Shown one piece after another: positions 19,513 to 19,643 of a stretch of 19,643 nt of DNA. Position numbers and translations under genes: made by a program. Below the pieces are notes generated by a model. The model searched no databases and had not been told where the DNA came from. It saw only the letters and a program-made list of their open reading frames with translations. The stretch is from assembly GCA_051530055.1 (NCBI GenBank), contig JBMGUZ010000053.1, positions 1 through 19,643 on the forward strand, given 5' to 3'. Positions within the stretch are counted from its first letter, which is position 1; every line of letters starts with the position of its first letter. The DNA is from Neoechinorhynchus agilis. Lineage: Eukaryota > Animalia > Acanthocephala.

Positions 19513-19643
19513 ATCTAACTTTCACGGTTTAGAGCCTTCCTGTGAGTTCGCTCTCATTTTGCTCCATTTAGGAATCGATAAACTCATCCTTCAGTTTGAT
19601 ATCTCCCAAGCTTTGGACACTGTTAGTTGTTCATTCATTTAAG
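19513..19643 (-). repeat. Inverted copy of the dispersed repeat at 3193-3325 (runs off the window)
   Basis: Direct sequence match on the reverse strand. Confidence 0.85.

Overview
AT-rich eukaryotic genomic DNA, probably from an invertebrate; the host cannot be named from the sequence. Left to right: (1) an ORF with a GATA/p66-like zinc finger; (2) a gene for a secreted, very acidic protein built from 45-aa repeats, cut off from its signal peptide by a 220-bp palindromic insertion that carries Penelope-type hammerhead cores and a 19-bp target-site duplication; (3) a decayed Penelope-like retroelement (RT plus GIY-YIG); (4) a Ty3/Gypsy RNase H fragment; (5) a 121-bp satellite array. The main feature is a 7,959-bp near-complete cDNA copy of a toti-like dsRNA virus (Ghabrivirales; 10907-18865) inserted in that satellite, between two identical 98-bp repeat copies. 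Its ORF1 (1543 aa, no stops) contains a ~365-aa domain twice, diverged mostly at synonymous sites, and takes its ATG from the satellite. Its RdRp has all core motifs. A perfect 173-bp templated insertion separates the RdRp from ORF1; removing it restores a -1-frame overlap typical of totivirus capsid-RdRp fusions.
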